From positions 76,666 through 140,665 of the forward strand of contig CAVUOK010000005.1 of assembly GCA_963743055.1 (NCBI GenBank): DNA of 64,000 bases. Direction: 5' to 3'. This DNA is from an uncultured Actinomycetes bacterium. GTDB lineage: Bacteria; Actinomycetota; Thermoleophilia; Solirubrobacterales; Solirubrobacteraceae. Position 1 is the first letter of the stretch, and each line of letters begins with the position of its first letter. The position numbers and the translations under genes are program-made. Positions 30,200-40,007 of the stretch are shown piece by piece. The notes under the pieces were generated by a model. That model saw nothing but the letters and a program-made list of their open reading frames with translations. It was not told the DNA's origin and made no database searches.

Positions 30200-30326
30200 G
30201 TCGTTGCAGGGTAGCCGAGCGGGCGCGCGGGCCGGTGCCAACCGCCGACGGGCGGGTCGTTGCAGCCGGCGTCAGGTTTGGGTCGTCGGCGCAGGAGTCC
30301 GCCGGGGGCGCACGAACCTCGGAGCC

Positions 30327-31058
30327 ATGAAGCAGTCCGCCACGCGCCGCCTCGTCAAGTCGCCGCCCGAGCTGTGGGCGGAGGTCAGCAGCGAGGACTC
30401 GCTGGGCCGCCACCTCGCGGAGTTCGGCGAGATCAAGATCACCCGCGTCAAGCCGGAGACCACCGTCGCCTGGGAGGGCGATCGCGCAAGCGGCACGGTG
30501 GAGCTGGCCCCGACGGGGTGGGGTACGAAGGTGATCCTGACCGCGACCCCGGCGAAGGCACCGCCGCCCGCGGCGGAGGTTCCGCCCGAGCCCATCGCAG
30601 CGATGCCTGCCGCGCCCGCCGCCCAGAGATCGGCGGCGCGCCAGTTCTCGAAGGTCACGCAGACAGCGGAGCCCGCTGCGACGCCGGCACGGATCGAGCC
30701 GCGCCCGCAGCCCGCTCCGCCGCAGGAGTCGCGCGGCTTCTTCTCGCGGCTCTTCCGCAAACGCGCGCAGCAAGGGGTCGCTGCCGAGCGGGTAGCCCCT
30801 GCGGATCCTCCGCGGCCCACGCCGGCCGCCTCGATCCCGGCGCCGCCCGCACCGGCGCCCGACCCCGCTCCGCCCACGCCGACACCCCAACCGGGGCCCA
30901 TGCCGCCCGCGCCCGACCCAGTCCCGCCGACGCCCGCGCCGCAACCGCCGCCTCCGCCGCAGATCCGCTCGCTGGACTCCGCACGGACCGAGGAGATCCT
31001 CGGCGAGGTCCTCGACAACCTCGGCTCCGCGCACCACCGCCCCTTCTCCCGCGACTGA
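30327..31058 (+). CDS. hypothetical protein: ~90-aa globular N-terminus plus a long Pro/Ala-rich tail
   Basis: The start is ATG 30327 ([53 protein letters not shown]...). The tail reads [42 protein letters not shown]. The N-terminus weakly resembles an SRPBCC-type fold. Confidence 0.55.
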   Translation: MKQSATRRLVKSPPELWAEVSSEDSLGRHLAEFGEIKITRVKPETTVAWEGDRASGTVELAPTGWGTKVILTATPAKAPPPAAEVPPEPIAAMPAAPAAQRSAARQFSKVTQTAEPAATPARIEPRPQPAPPQESRGFFSRLFRKRAQQGVAAERVAPADPPRPTPAASIPAPPAPAPDPAPPTPTPQPGPMPPAPDPVPPTPAPQPPPPPQIRSLDSARTEEILGEVLDNLGSAHHRPFSRD

Positions 31059-31152
31059 CGCAACAGCCTTCGGGGCCAGAGCCTCGCCTCGGGACAAGCG
31101 GCTCCCAACCCCGAGGCGAGGCGAGCGCCGTAGCGCCTACCATCGACGCGTC

Positions 31153-32724
<1,572 letters not shown>

Positions 32725-32795
32725 CCAGGCCGGGACACCTTGGCCCACCGTGGTCGGTTGAGCGCGGCAGGGGTCTATGCGAGGGTCTGCAGGCC

Positions 32796-35411
32796 ATGGC
32801 CACACGCACGGTCGATAGCAACATCCGAGATCTGATCGCAGATCTCGCCGTGCTGACGAATCGGCTCCGCGAGGTCCGAGACGTTGGCGGCCAGCGGCGA
32901 CTGACGCTGACCGTCAGCGCATTTCTCCTGGTGAACACGCCGATCATCCAGCGCGCCGTCGAGGCCTGGGACGCCACGCCAGAACAAGAGCTCAAGGTGC
33001 TCGATGGCGACCATCGGGAGCTCGATCAATCGGCCACGCATCGCGCATTCCGAGATATCGCGCTGGAACCCGTGCGCTACGCACACGACGTGCTCGGCTC
33101 ACCCGCCGGCCTGGAACTGCTGGGGCCGGATGACGATCAACTTCACATGCTCAGTCGGCTGCTCGAGTTTGCGAAGTACCTGGCCCAGACGAGCGATCTT
33201 AACCTGCGATGGTCGCCCGTGGCTCGCGTTCTGGACACTCCTGACGCGGATGCGCTCGTCAACGCCGCGCGCGCGATGGCCGTCGCGGACCTACGCCCCG
33301 GGATCGTGGAGGCGCCACGCGCAAAAGGGCAGGCGTCCGGCGACGCAGCAGAGAGGACCGAACGCGATGAGTCCGCGCGCACCGATGCCAGCGGCAGCAA
33401 GACGTCGGCCCCACCAGAGGCGCCGGTGATCGCAGGTGCGGCACGCTGGCCGCTGGACACCCCCGCAGGGATGTCGTTCCTCGACGGCCGCGCCGAAGAT
33501 GCGGCGCGCGCGAGCCGCGCGGCAGAAGCCGAGCTTGAAGCACCATCCCCGGATGCCGACGAATCCCACGCGGTGCGCGACGAGGCGCCCACGCCGAGGC
33601 CTGCGGGTACCGATTACCGACCCTCCGCCACGATCTCGCGAGATTACTGGACCGTCGATGACCGGCTCGGCTACGACTTCTATGCCGACGCAGTCGCCGC
33701 CTTCATCCAGCACCGGGACACGCGTCCCCCGCTGACGATCGGCATCAAGGCGCCTTGGGGCGCTGGCAAGACATCCCTCATGCGGATGGTCCGGCAACGG
33801 CTCGATCCGGACCTGACAAGCGAGCTGAATCCTCGCGCGGCGAGCGCGACGATCAGCAACAAGGAGGTACTTGAGCACACACGTGTCGCGCGGGATGACC
33901 GACGAGTGCCCATCGATGATCTGCAGGCGTCGGCCGACGAGGACCAGCGGCCCACAGTGTGGTTCAACGCCTGGATGTACCAGAGCGCTGAGCAGGTCTG
34001 GGCCGGTCTCGGCGACGCGATTATCGGTCAGCTGACACTCCGCATGCCACGCATCGTGCGAGAGCGCTTCTGGGCGCAGCTCAACCTGCGCCGCGTCGAT
34101 ACGGCGCTCGTGCGTCGGCGGATCTACAGGGCGCTCTTGGAGCGACTCCTACCGTTCGCGCTGGGATTGACCGTCGCCTGGACCATCTCACTGGGACTCC
34201 TCTTCATACCCGGTTCCCGCGAGGCTGCCGGCGCCCTTGGTATCGGCTCGGTCGCGGTATTCGCCGCCGGCGCCGTAGCCAAGTCACGCAAGTTCCTGAA
34301 CGATCCAGTCGCCGGGTCGTTCGGAGAACTCGTCTCCGAGCCCGATTACAAAGGAAAGGCCGGCTACCTGCACCACGTCCGGTCGGACATGGACCGCGTC
34401 CTTGACCTCGTCGCCACGCCCGAACAGCCGGTCGTGGTCTTCGTGGACGACCTTGACCGATGTTCGTATCAATCCGTCGCGCAGGTCATCGAAGCGATCA
34501 ACCTCTTTCTAGCCGGCGAGTTCCCGAACTGCATCTTTGTGATCGCGATGGAGCCCGACATGGTGGCCGCACAGATCGAGGTCGCCTACAAGGATCTGTT
34601 CGAGACCGTCAAGGGTGACCTATCCGCGCGCGAGCAGGGTCAGCTCGGTTGGCGCTTCTTGGAGAAGATGGTGCAGCTACCGCTCAGCCTCCCGCCGCCC
34701 AACAAGACCCAGGTCGAAGCATTTGTCAGCTCGTTGCTGGTGGGCGAGGCGGACGAAGAGATGTTCGACGCAAGCAGCGTCGAGAGCGCTCGCCAGATGC
34801 TTCACGAGACGATGCGCAGGCTCGGTGCCGATCCGCCGATTGATCGTATCGGCGCGATCTCGGAAGCAGCCAAGCAGCTATACGACGCACCGGGGATCGC
34901 CGAGGAGGACGTGATCCGCGCCGCCGAGGCAGAGTTCAGCGAGCGCTTTCGCGACGACGATCCAATCGTCCAAGAGGCAATCCGTTCCCAAGCGACGACG
35001 CTGTCCAGCAACCCGCGCGAGATCAAGCGCTACATCAACGTCTTCCGCTTCTACGCATTCATCCAGGTGCGACGCGATCTGCGCCAACTCGAGACCCCGT
35101 CCTACGAGCAACTCGCGAAGCTCTCGGCGCTCGCGATCCACTGGCCGCATCTCCTTGGCTTGTTCGGGCAGAGCACGGCGGCGGGATCGAGCGTGCTCGA
35201 CGAGCTCGAACGCCTCGCTATCCGAGCCAAGGCAGGTGACGACGCTGACGAATCGGGCGTCGTCTCCGCCAACGGGCGCAACGTTTGGCTGGAGGGCATC
35301 AAGGCCGCCGGGTTCCCGGAGGGCCGATCGAGCGACCTCGCGGCACAGGACCTACGCACGCTCCTCGCGCAGGAGCCCATGATCGGCTCGTCTGCCAGCG
35401 GCTTCCTCTAG
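32796..35411 (+). CDS. KAP-family P-loop NTPase (871 aa) with a ~290-aa N-terminal extension
   Basis: This is the in-frame part of track ORF 31677..35411, from ATG 32796. Walker A is GIKAPWGAGKTSLMRMV. Hydrophobic helices are inserted in the NTPase domain (LLPFALGLTVAWTISLGLLFIP, ALGIGSVAVFAAGAV). Walker B is VVVFVDDLDRC. The KAP-typical NPREIKRYINVFRF is also present. G+C is visibly lower than in the neighbours. Confidence 0.85.
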   Translation: MATRTVDSNIRDLIADLAVLTNRLREVRDVGGQRRLTLTVSAFLLVNTPIIQRAVEAWDATPEQELKVLDGDHRELDQSATHRAFRDIALEPVRYAHDVLGSPAGLELLGPDDDQLHMLSRLLEFAKYLAQTSDLNLRWSPVARVLDTPDADALVNAARAMAVADLRPGIVEAPRAKGQASGDAAERTERDESARTDASGSKTSAPPEAPVIAGAARWPLDTPAGMSFLDGRAEDAARASRAAEAELEAPSPDADESHAVRDEAPTPRPAGTDYRPSATISRDYWTVDDRLGYDFYADAVAAFIQHRDTRPPLTIGIKAPWGAGKTSLMRMVRQRLDPDLTSELNPRAASATISNKEVLEHTRVARDDRRVPIDDLQASADEDQRPTVWFNAWMYQSAEQVWAGLGDAIIGQLTLRMPRIVRERFWAQLNLRRVDTALVRRRIYRALLERLLPFALGLTVAWTISLGLLFIPGSREAAGALGIGSVAVFAAGAVAKSRKFLNDPVAGSFGELVSEPDYKGKAGYLHHVRSDMDRVLDLVATPEQPVVVFVDDLDRCSYQSVAQVIEAINLFLAGEFPNCIFVIAMEPDMVAAQIEVAYKDLFETVKGDLSAREQGQLGWRFLEKMVQLPLSLPPPNKTQVEAFVSSLLVGEADEEMFDASSVESARQMLHETMRRLGADPPIDRIGAISEAAKQLYDAPGIAEEDVIRAAEAEFSERFRDDDPIVQEAIRSQATTLSSNPREIKRYINVFRFYAFIQVRRDLRQLETPSYEQLAKLSALAIHWPHLLGLFGQSTAAGSSVLDELERLAIRAKAGDDADESGVVSANGRNVWLEGIKAAGFPEGRSSDLAAQDLRTLLAQEPMIGSSASGFL

Positions 35412-35511
35412 CGACGGCTCGCTCGTGTTCGGGCGCTTCACCCCCCGATGGCGAGCGCGTGATGGAGCGCAAGGGTGAGCGAGCGGCGACGCGAGTTGCG
35501 AAGATTCGCCG

Positions 35512-36003
35512 ATGTCTGCCGTCGCCCGCTTCGTCACGCTTGCCGATGGCACCGGCGCCAAGGACCCGGCCGATATCCGGCCAGTGATATCGGTCCACGA
35601 CATCGAGGAGACGGCGCGGGTCGTGGTCGGGCAGGACGAGCCCGTCGACGGGCGCTCAGCGGAGGACATGGAGGTCGATCACCGGGCATGGCTCGTCGCG
35701 GCGCTGAGACGCCACGGCGTCGCGGTGGACCCGCAAGCGCTGAAGCACCTACCGCACGACGTCGTGCTCAGCGACCGGCTTCGCGCGCGAGCTCGCGGTT
35801 ACGGCGGTGGTCTCTTGACGCCACGCGACAGGGGGCTTCGGCGCGAGTGTCATCGCACTCATCCCTCGCGATACCGTCCGCGCCATGGTTCGCACAGTCG
35901 TCCAGCTACGCGAGGTTGTGCGCGCCGCTCGGCGTCGGGGCGTTTCGAGAGCCGCCGCGCTCTGCGAGGCATTCGATCCGCCGATCGCGCGCGCGGGCAG
36001 TGA
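35512..36003 (+). CDS. hypothetical ORF; only the first ~95 codons look coding (possibly decayed)
   Basis: MSAVARFVTLADGTGAKDPADIRPVISVHDIEETARVVVGQDEPVDGRSAEDMEVDHRAWLVAALRRHGVAVDPQALKHLPHDVVLSDRL... has G/C-rich third positions. After about 35790 the codon bias is lost and the product becomes Arg/His/Ser junk. Confidence 0.25.
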   Translation: MSAVARFVTLADGTGAKDPADIRPVISVHDIEETARVVVGQDEPVDGRSAEDMEVDHRAWLVAALRRHGVAVDPQALKHLPHDVVLSDRLRARARGYGGGLLTPRDRGLRRECHRTHPSRYRPRHGSHSRPATRGCARRSASGRFESRRALRGIRSADRARGQ

Positions 36004-36106
36004 CGCACTCGACCGCGCGCTCGCGGCCGCAGGCTCGGGCGCGTCCGGTGTGAGCGATCTCGGTCAGCGCCACGAGAAGTACCTCGCCGACGGCTGCGGC
36101 GGGTGA
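35885..36106 (+). CDS. possible antitoxin-like small protein (VapB/RHH-like)
   Basis: The sequence is MVRTVVQLREVVRAARRRGVSRAAALCEAF...DLGQRHEKYLADGCGG. There is a GTGA stop/start overlap with the following PIN-like ORF. The resemblance is weak. Confidence 0.3.
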   Translation: MVRTVVQLREVVRAARRRGVSRAAALCEAFDPPIARAGSDALDRALAAAGSGASGVSDLGQRHEKYLADGCGG

Positions 36107-36303
36107 CGTACGTCGGCCCCTCGGCGCTCCCCGCCTCGCTCGACCGCGACGCCGCAGGCCACACAGCGCACCTCAAGGCGGTGCGGCGCCGGTCCTCGCT
36201 CGTCGACCACGTGAGCTTCGAGGTGATGCGGCGCCGCGGCCTCGAGGCCGCGCTCGCGCTCGACGCCGACTTCGCCGCCGCCGGCTTCCGGGTGGTGCCA
36301 TGA
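36103..36303 (+). pseudogene. PIN-domain (VapC-like) remnant, internally deleted
   Basis: This ORF is 66 aa. The N-terminal YVGPSALPASLDRDAAGHTAHLKAV resembles the VapC start (Y-x-D-T-S-A-L...LDRRD..H..A). The C-terminal SLVDHVSFEVMRRRGLEAALALDADFAAAGFRVVP resembles the VapC end. The central ~60 aa of a normal PIN domain are missing. Confidence 0.35.
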
Positions 36304-37772
36304 CCCGGCGCATCCCGCCCATGCTTGCGCTCGTGTGCGTCGCCGGCGCGGTGCTGCGCTTCGCGACGCTTGACGGGCAGAGCCTCTGGTACGACGAGGC
36401 CGTCACCGCGCAGCTGCTGCGGATGGATCTCTCGGGGCTGCTGCATGCGATCCCCGACAGCGAGTCCTCGCCGCCGCTGTACTACGTGCTCGCGTGGCTG
36501 TGGACGCACGTCTTCGGCACGGGCGAGGTCGGCTTGCGGTCGTTCTCGGCGCTCGTCGGAACGGCGACGATCCCGGTCGTCTGGGCGCTCGGGCGCAGGC
36601 TCGGCGGGGAGCGGGCGGCGCTTTACGGAGCGGCGCTCGTCGCGATCAACCCGATGCTCGTCTGGTTCAGCCAGGAAGCGCGCGCGTACGGGCTGCTCGT
36701 GCTGCTCGCGGCGCTGTCCGCGCTGCTGTGGCTGCGCGCGCTCGAGCAGCCGGCGCCCGGGCGAGCCGCCGCCTGGGGGATCGTCGCGGCGCTCGCGCTC
36801 GCGACCCACTACTACGCGATCTTCCTCGTCGCCCCGCAGGCGCTCTGGCTGCTGCTGGCGGGGGCGCGCGACACCCGCGCCCGCGCCGCCGCGCTCGCGC
36901 CGCCGCTGATCGTGCTGGTCGCGCTGGCACCGCTGGCGCTCGGGCAGCGCGCCAACGACAGCGCCGCGTTCATCGGCGACAGCGCGCTCGGGACGCGGAT
37001 CCTGCAGGTTCCCAAGCAGCTGCTCGTCGGCTACGACTCGCCGGCCGAGACGCTGCTCGCGGTGCTGTCGGGGATCGTGCTGCTCGTCGCGCTCGCCGGG
37101 CTCTGGTCGCTGATCAAACGTGGGGCCCGTGGGCGAGCGCGCGACGACGCCACGCAGCTCGCCGCGCTCCTCGCGACCGCCCTCCTGCTCCCCGCGCTCG
37201 CCGCGCTCATCGGCGAGGACCACCTCATCACCCGCAACCTGCTCGCCGTCGCGCCGATCGGCGCCGCGCTCGCCGGCGCCGGGCTCGTGCAGGCCGAGCA
37301 CATCTGGCCGGCCGTCCGCCCTGCCGCGATCACCGCCGCCTGCCTGCTCGGGCTGACAGCGGTCGTCGGCGTCGCGCTCGACCCGCGCAGCCAGCGCGAC
37401 GACTGGCGCGGCGCCGTCCGCGCCCTCGGAACGGTGCCGGGCCCGCGGATCCTCGTGGCCAGCCCCGCCTCCGCCCTCCCGCCGCTGCGCTACTACCTGC
37501 CCGGCGCGCAGCCGCTTACGCAGGGCGCCGTGGCGACCGCCGAGATCGACTACATCGCGCTGTCGGAGCGCAGCCCGGGCGAGCGGCCGAACCCGCCACG
37601 GCCGCGGGATCCCCCCATGCCGGCGCCCGGGTTCGCACTCAACGCGCGCCGCGAGGCCGACACCTTCACCGTCCTGCGCCTGCGCGCCGCGACCACGCTG
37701 CCGATCCCGAAAACGGCGGTCGTCCTCGGCCTGGATGGCAAGGCCGGCGCCGTGCTCGTCGCCACGAGGTAG
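36300..37772 (+). CDS. membrane glycosyltransferase, GT39/PMT_2 (ArnT-like) family
   Basis: Sequence features: LRFATLDGQSLWYDEAVTAQLL...SSPPLYYVLAWLWTHVFGTGEVGLRSFSALVGTATIPVVWALGRRL...NPMLVWFSQEARAYGL. There are about 9 TM helices and a soluble C-terminus. Confidence 0.85.
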   Translation: MTRRIPPMLALVCVAGAVLRFATLDGQSLWYDEAVTAQLLRMDLSGLLHAIPDSESSPPLYYVLAWLWTHVFGTGEVGLRSFSALVGTATIPVVWALGRRLGGERAALYGAALVAINPMLVWFSQEARAYGLLVLLAALSALLWLRALEQPAPGRAAAWGIVAALALATHYYAIFLVAPQALWLLLAGARDTRARAAALAPPLIVLVALAPLALGQRANDSAAFIGDSALGTRILQVPKQLLVGYDSPAETLLAVLSGIVLLVALAGLWSLIKRGARGRARDDATQLAALLATALLLPALAALIGEDHLITRNLLAVAPIGAALAGAGLVQAEHIWPAVRPAAITAACLLGLTAVVGVALDPRSQRDDWRGAVRALGTVPGPRILVASPASALPPLRYYLPGAQPLTQGAVATAEIDYIALSERSPGERPNPPRPRDPPMPAPGFALNARREADTFTVLRLRAATTLPIPKTAVVLGLDGKAGAVLVATR

Positions 37773-37825
37773 GCGCTCGCGCGCAAATGTGACGCCCCCG
37801 TCATGTTTAGGGTACGCTCACGTTC

Positions 37826-39466
37826 ATGGCACGGTCAGCCATCAAGCACGACTTCGATTGGATCGTCGTCGGATCCGGCTTCGGCGGCAGCGTCTCGGCG
37901 CACCGCCTGACCGAGAAGGGCTACCGCGTCGGCGTCTTCGAGTCCGGCCGGCGCTTCGCCGACCACGAGTTCCCGAAGTCCACCTGGGACCTCCGGCGCT
38001 ACTTCTTCGCGCCGCGCCTCGGCCTGCACGGCATCTTCCGCCTCTCGCTGTTCAAGGACGTCTCGATCGTCAGCGGCGCGGGCGTCGGCGGCGGCAGCCT
38101 CGGCTACGCGAACACGCTGTACCGCGCCCGCCCGCGCTTCTACGAGGACGCGCAGTGGGCGGCCCTCGAGGACGACTGGGAGGAGGCGCTCGCGCCGCAC
38201 TTCGACGAGGCGGAGCGGATGCTCGGCGTCGCAACGGTCACCACAGACGACCCCGCCGACGACACCCTGCGCGCCTTCGGCGAGCACATCGGCGCCCAGG
38301 CGAGCTACGCCAAGACCCGCGTCGGCGTGTTCTTCGGCGAGCCCGGCGTCAAGGTCGACGACCCCTACTTCGACGGCGCGGGCCCGCCGCGCACGGGCTG
38401 CATCGGCTGCGGGCGCTGCATGGTCGGCTGCCCCACCGGCGCGAAGAACACGCTGCCGAAGAACTACCTCTGGATGGCCGAGCACGCGGGCGCGAAGATC
38501 CTCCCGAACCGCACGGTCGTCGACGTCCGCCCGCTCGGCGCCACGAACGGCGAGGACGGCTACGAGATCGTCACCGAGCGCACCGGCGCGTGGCTGCGCA
38601 AGGATCGCCAGACGCACACCGCCGGCGCGGTCGTCCTCGCGAGCGGCCCGCTGGGGACCAACCGGCTGCTGCAGCGCTGCGTCCACAACGGCTCGCTGCC
38701 GAGGGTGTCCAAGCGCCTCGGCGAGCTCGTGCGGACCAACAGCGAGGCCATCCTCGCCGTTACCGCGAAGGACGACAGCGTCGACTTCACCAAGCGCGTC
38801 GCGATCTCGGGCTCGATCTACCCCGACGAGAACACGCACATCGAGACCGTGAGCTACGGCCACGCCGGCGACGGCATGAGCCTCCTGCACACGCTGCTCG
38901 TCGGCGACGGCACGAAGGTCACGCGTCCGCTGAAGCTTGTCATGGCCGCGCTGCGCCACCCGATCGACTTCGCCCGCCTGTTCGATCCGCGCGGATGGTC
39001 GCGGCGCACGATCATCCTGCTCGTCATGCAGACACTCGACAACGCGATCGCGCTGCGCCCGCGGCCCGGTCGCCGCGGATCGATGCGACTGCAGACCGAG
39101 CAGGATCCGCTACGCCCGGCGCCGACGTTCATCCCCGTCGCCAACCAGGCCGCGGAGTGGATCGCCGAGGAGATCGGCGGCGTGCCGCAGAGCTCGCTCA
39201 TGGAGGCGATCGCGAGCATCCCGACGACCGCGCACATCCTCGGCGGCGTCGTCATCGGCCGGACCCCCGAGGAGGGCGTCGTGGACGGACGCCACCACCT
39301 CTTCGGCTACGAGAACCTGCTCGTCTGCGACGGCTCGGTCGTGCCGGCGAACGTCGGCGTGAACCCGAGCCTCACGATCACCGCGCTCGCCGAGCGCGCG
39401 ATGAGCTTCGTGCCGGCCGCCAACTCGGCGCAAGCCGACGCCGCCGACCCGGTGCTCGCGGCCTGA
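37826..39466 (+). CDS. choD: GMC-family FAD oxidoreductase, cholesterol-oxidase (ChoD)-like
   Basis: Sequence features: DFDWIVVGSGFGGSVSAHRLTEKGYRVGVFESGRRF...SGAGVGGGSLGYANTLY...GCIGCGRCMVGCPTGAKNTLPKNYL...GVNPSLTITALAERA. The protein is colinear with mycobacterial ChoD as I recall it. Confidence 0.9.
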   Translation: MARSAIKHDFDWIVVGSGFGGSVSAHRLTEKGYRVGVFESGRRFADHEFPKSTWDLRRYFFAPRLGLHGIFRLSLFKDVSIVSGAGVGGGSLGYANTLYRARPRFYEDAQWAALEDDWEEALAPHFDEAERMLGVATVTTDDPADDTLRAFGEHIGAQASYAKTRVGVFFGEPGVKVDDPYFDGAGPPRTGCIGCGRCMVGCPTGAKNTLPKNYLWMAEHAGAKILPNRTVVDVRPLGATNGEDGYEIVTERTGAWLRKDRQTHTAGAVVLASGPLGTNRLLQRCVHNGSLPRVSKRLGELVRTNSEAILAVTAKDDSVDFTKRVAISGSIYPDENTHIETVSYGHAGDGMSLLHTLLVGDGTKVTRPLKLVMAALRHPIDFARLFDPRGWSRRTIILLVMQTLDNAIALRPRPGRRGSMRLQTEQDPLRPAPTFIPVANQAAEWIAEEIGGVPQSSLMEAIASIPTTAHILGGVVIGRTPEEGVVDGRHHLFGYENLLVCDGSVVPANVGVNPSLTITALAERAMSFVPAANSAQADAADPVLAA

Positions 39467-39527
39467 TCCGCGCCGCGCTCGTCGCCGCATTGACCGCTAT
39501 GGACGACACCGGCGTGGGCGAGGATCG

Positions 39528-39929
39528 ATGGCTACTAGGCTGATTGCAATGGGCAGCACGGAACCGCAGCGGCCGCCGCTGATCGAGCGGCTGCAAGCGC
39601 AACGTGATCGCCACCGCAAGCGCGCGCGGCCGATCCGCGCGCTGTACGTCGTCGCAGGCTTCACGATCGTCCTCGCGGGGATCATCATGCTCATCACGCC
39701 GGGGCCGGCGTTCGTCGTCATCCCGATCGGGCTCGCGGTGCTCTCGCTCGAGTTCGCGTGGGCCGAGCAGCTGCTCGAGGCCGCCGTCAAGAAGGGCGAG
39801 CAGGCCAAGGCGCGGGCCCAGACCTCCTCGCGGACCGAGCGCGTGCTCAGCACGATCGCCGTGCTGCTCGCGTGCGGCGCGGTCTTCGCGTGGGGCTGGT
39901 TCAGCGACATCCCGGTCCTGCCTGTCTGA
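39528..39929 (+). CDS. PGPGW-domain small membrane protein
   Basis: The sequence YVVAGFTIVLAGIIMLITPGPAFVVIPIGLAVLSLEFAWAE is characteristic of the PGPGW transmembrane family. Confidence 0.8.
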   Translation: MATRLIAMGSTEPQRPPLIERLQAQRDRHRKRARPIRALYVVAGFTIVLAGIIMLITPGPAFVVIPIGLAVLSLEFAWAEQLLEAAVKKGEQAKARAQTSSRTERVLSTIAVLLACGAVFAWGWFSDIPVLPV

Positions 39930-40007
39930 CGCGGCGCGCCCCCGGCGGCGCTGCGCCTGCCGGGCGATCGGGCGCCACTTCCGCGCTCGCCGCGCGTTAT
40001 CGCTGGT

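Noticed and set aside
30200-30326. A search for a HicA toxin partner next to the HicB-like ORF.
   Set aside because: Only 127 nt are available and I found no plausible small ORF on the minus strand. I treat the HicB-like gene as an orphan or uncertain.
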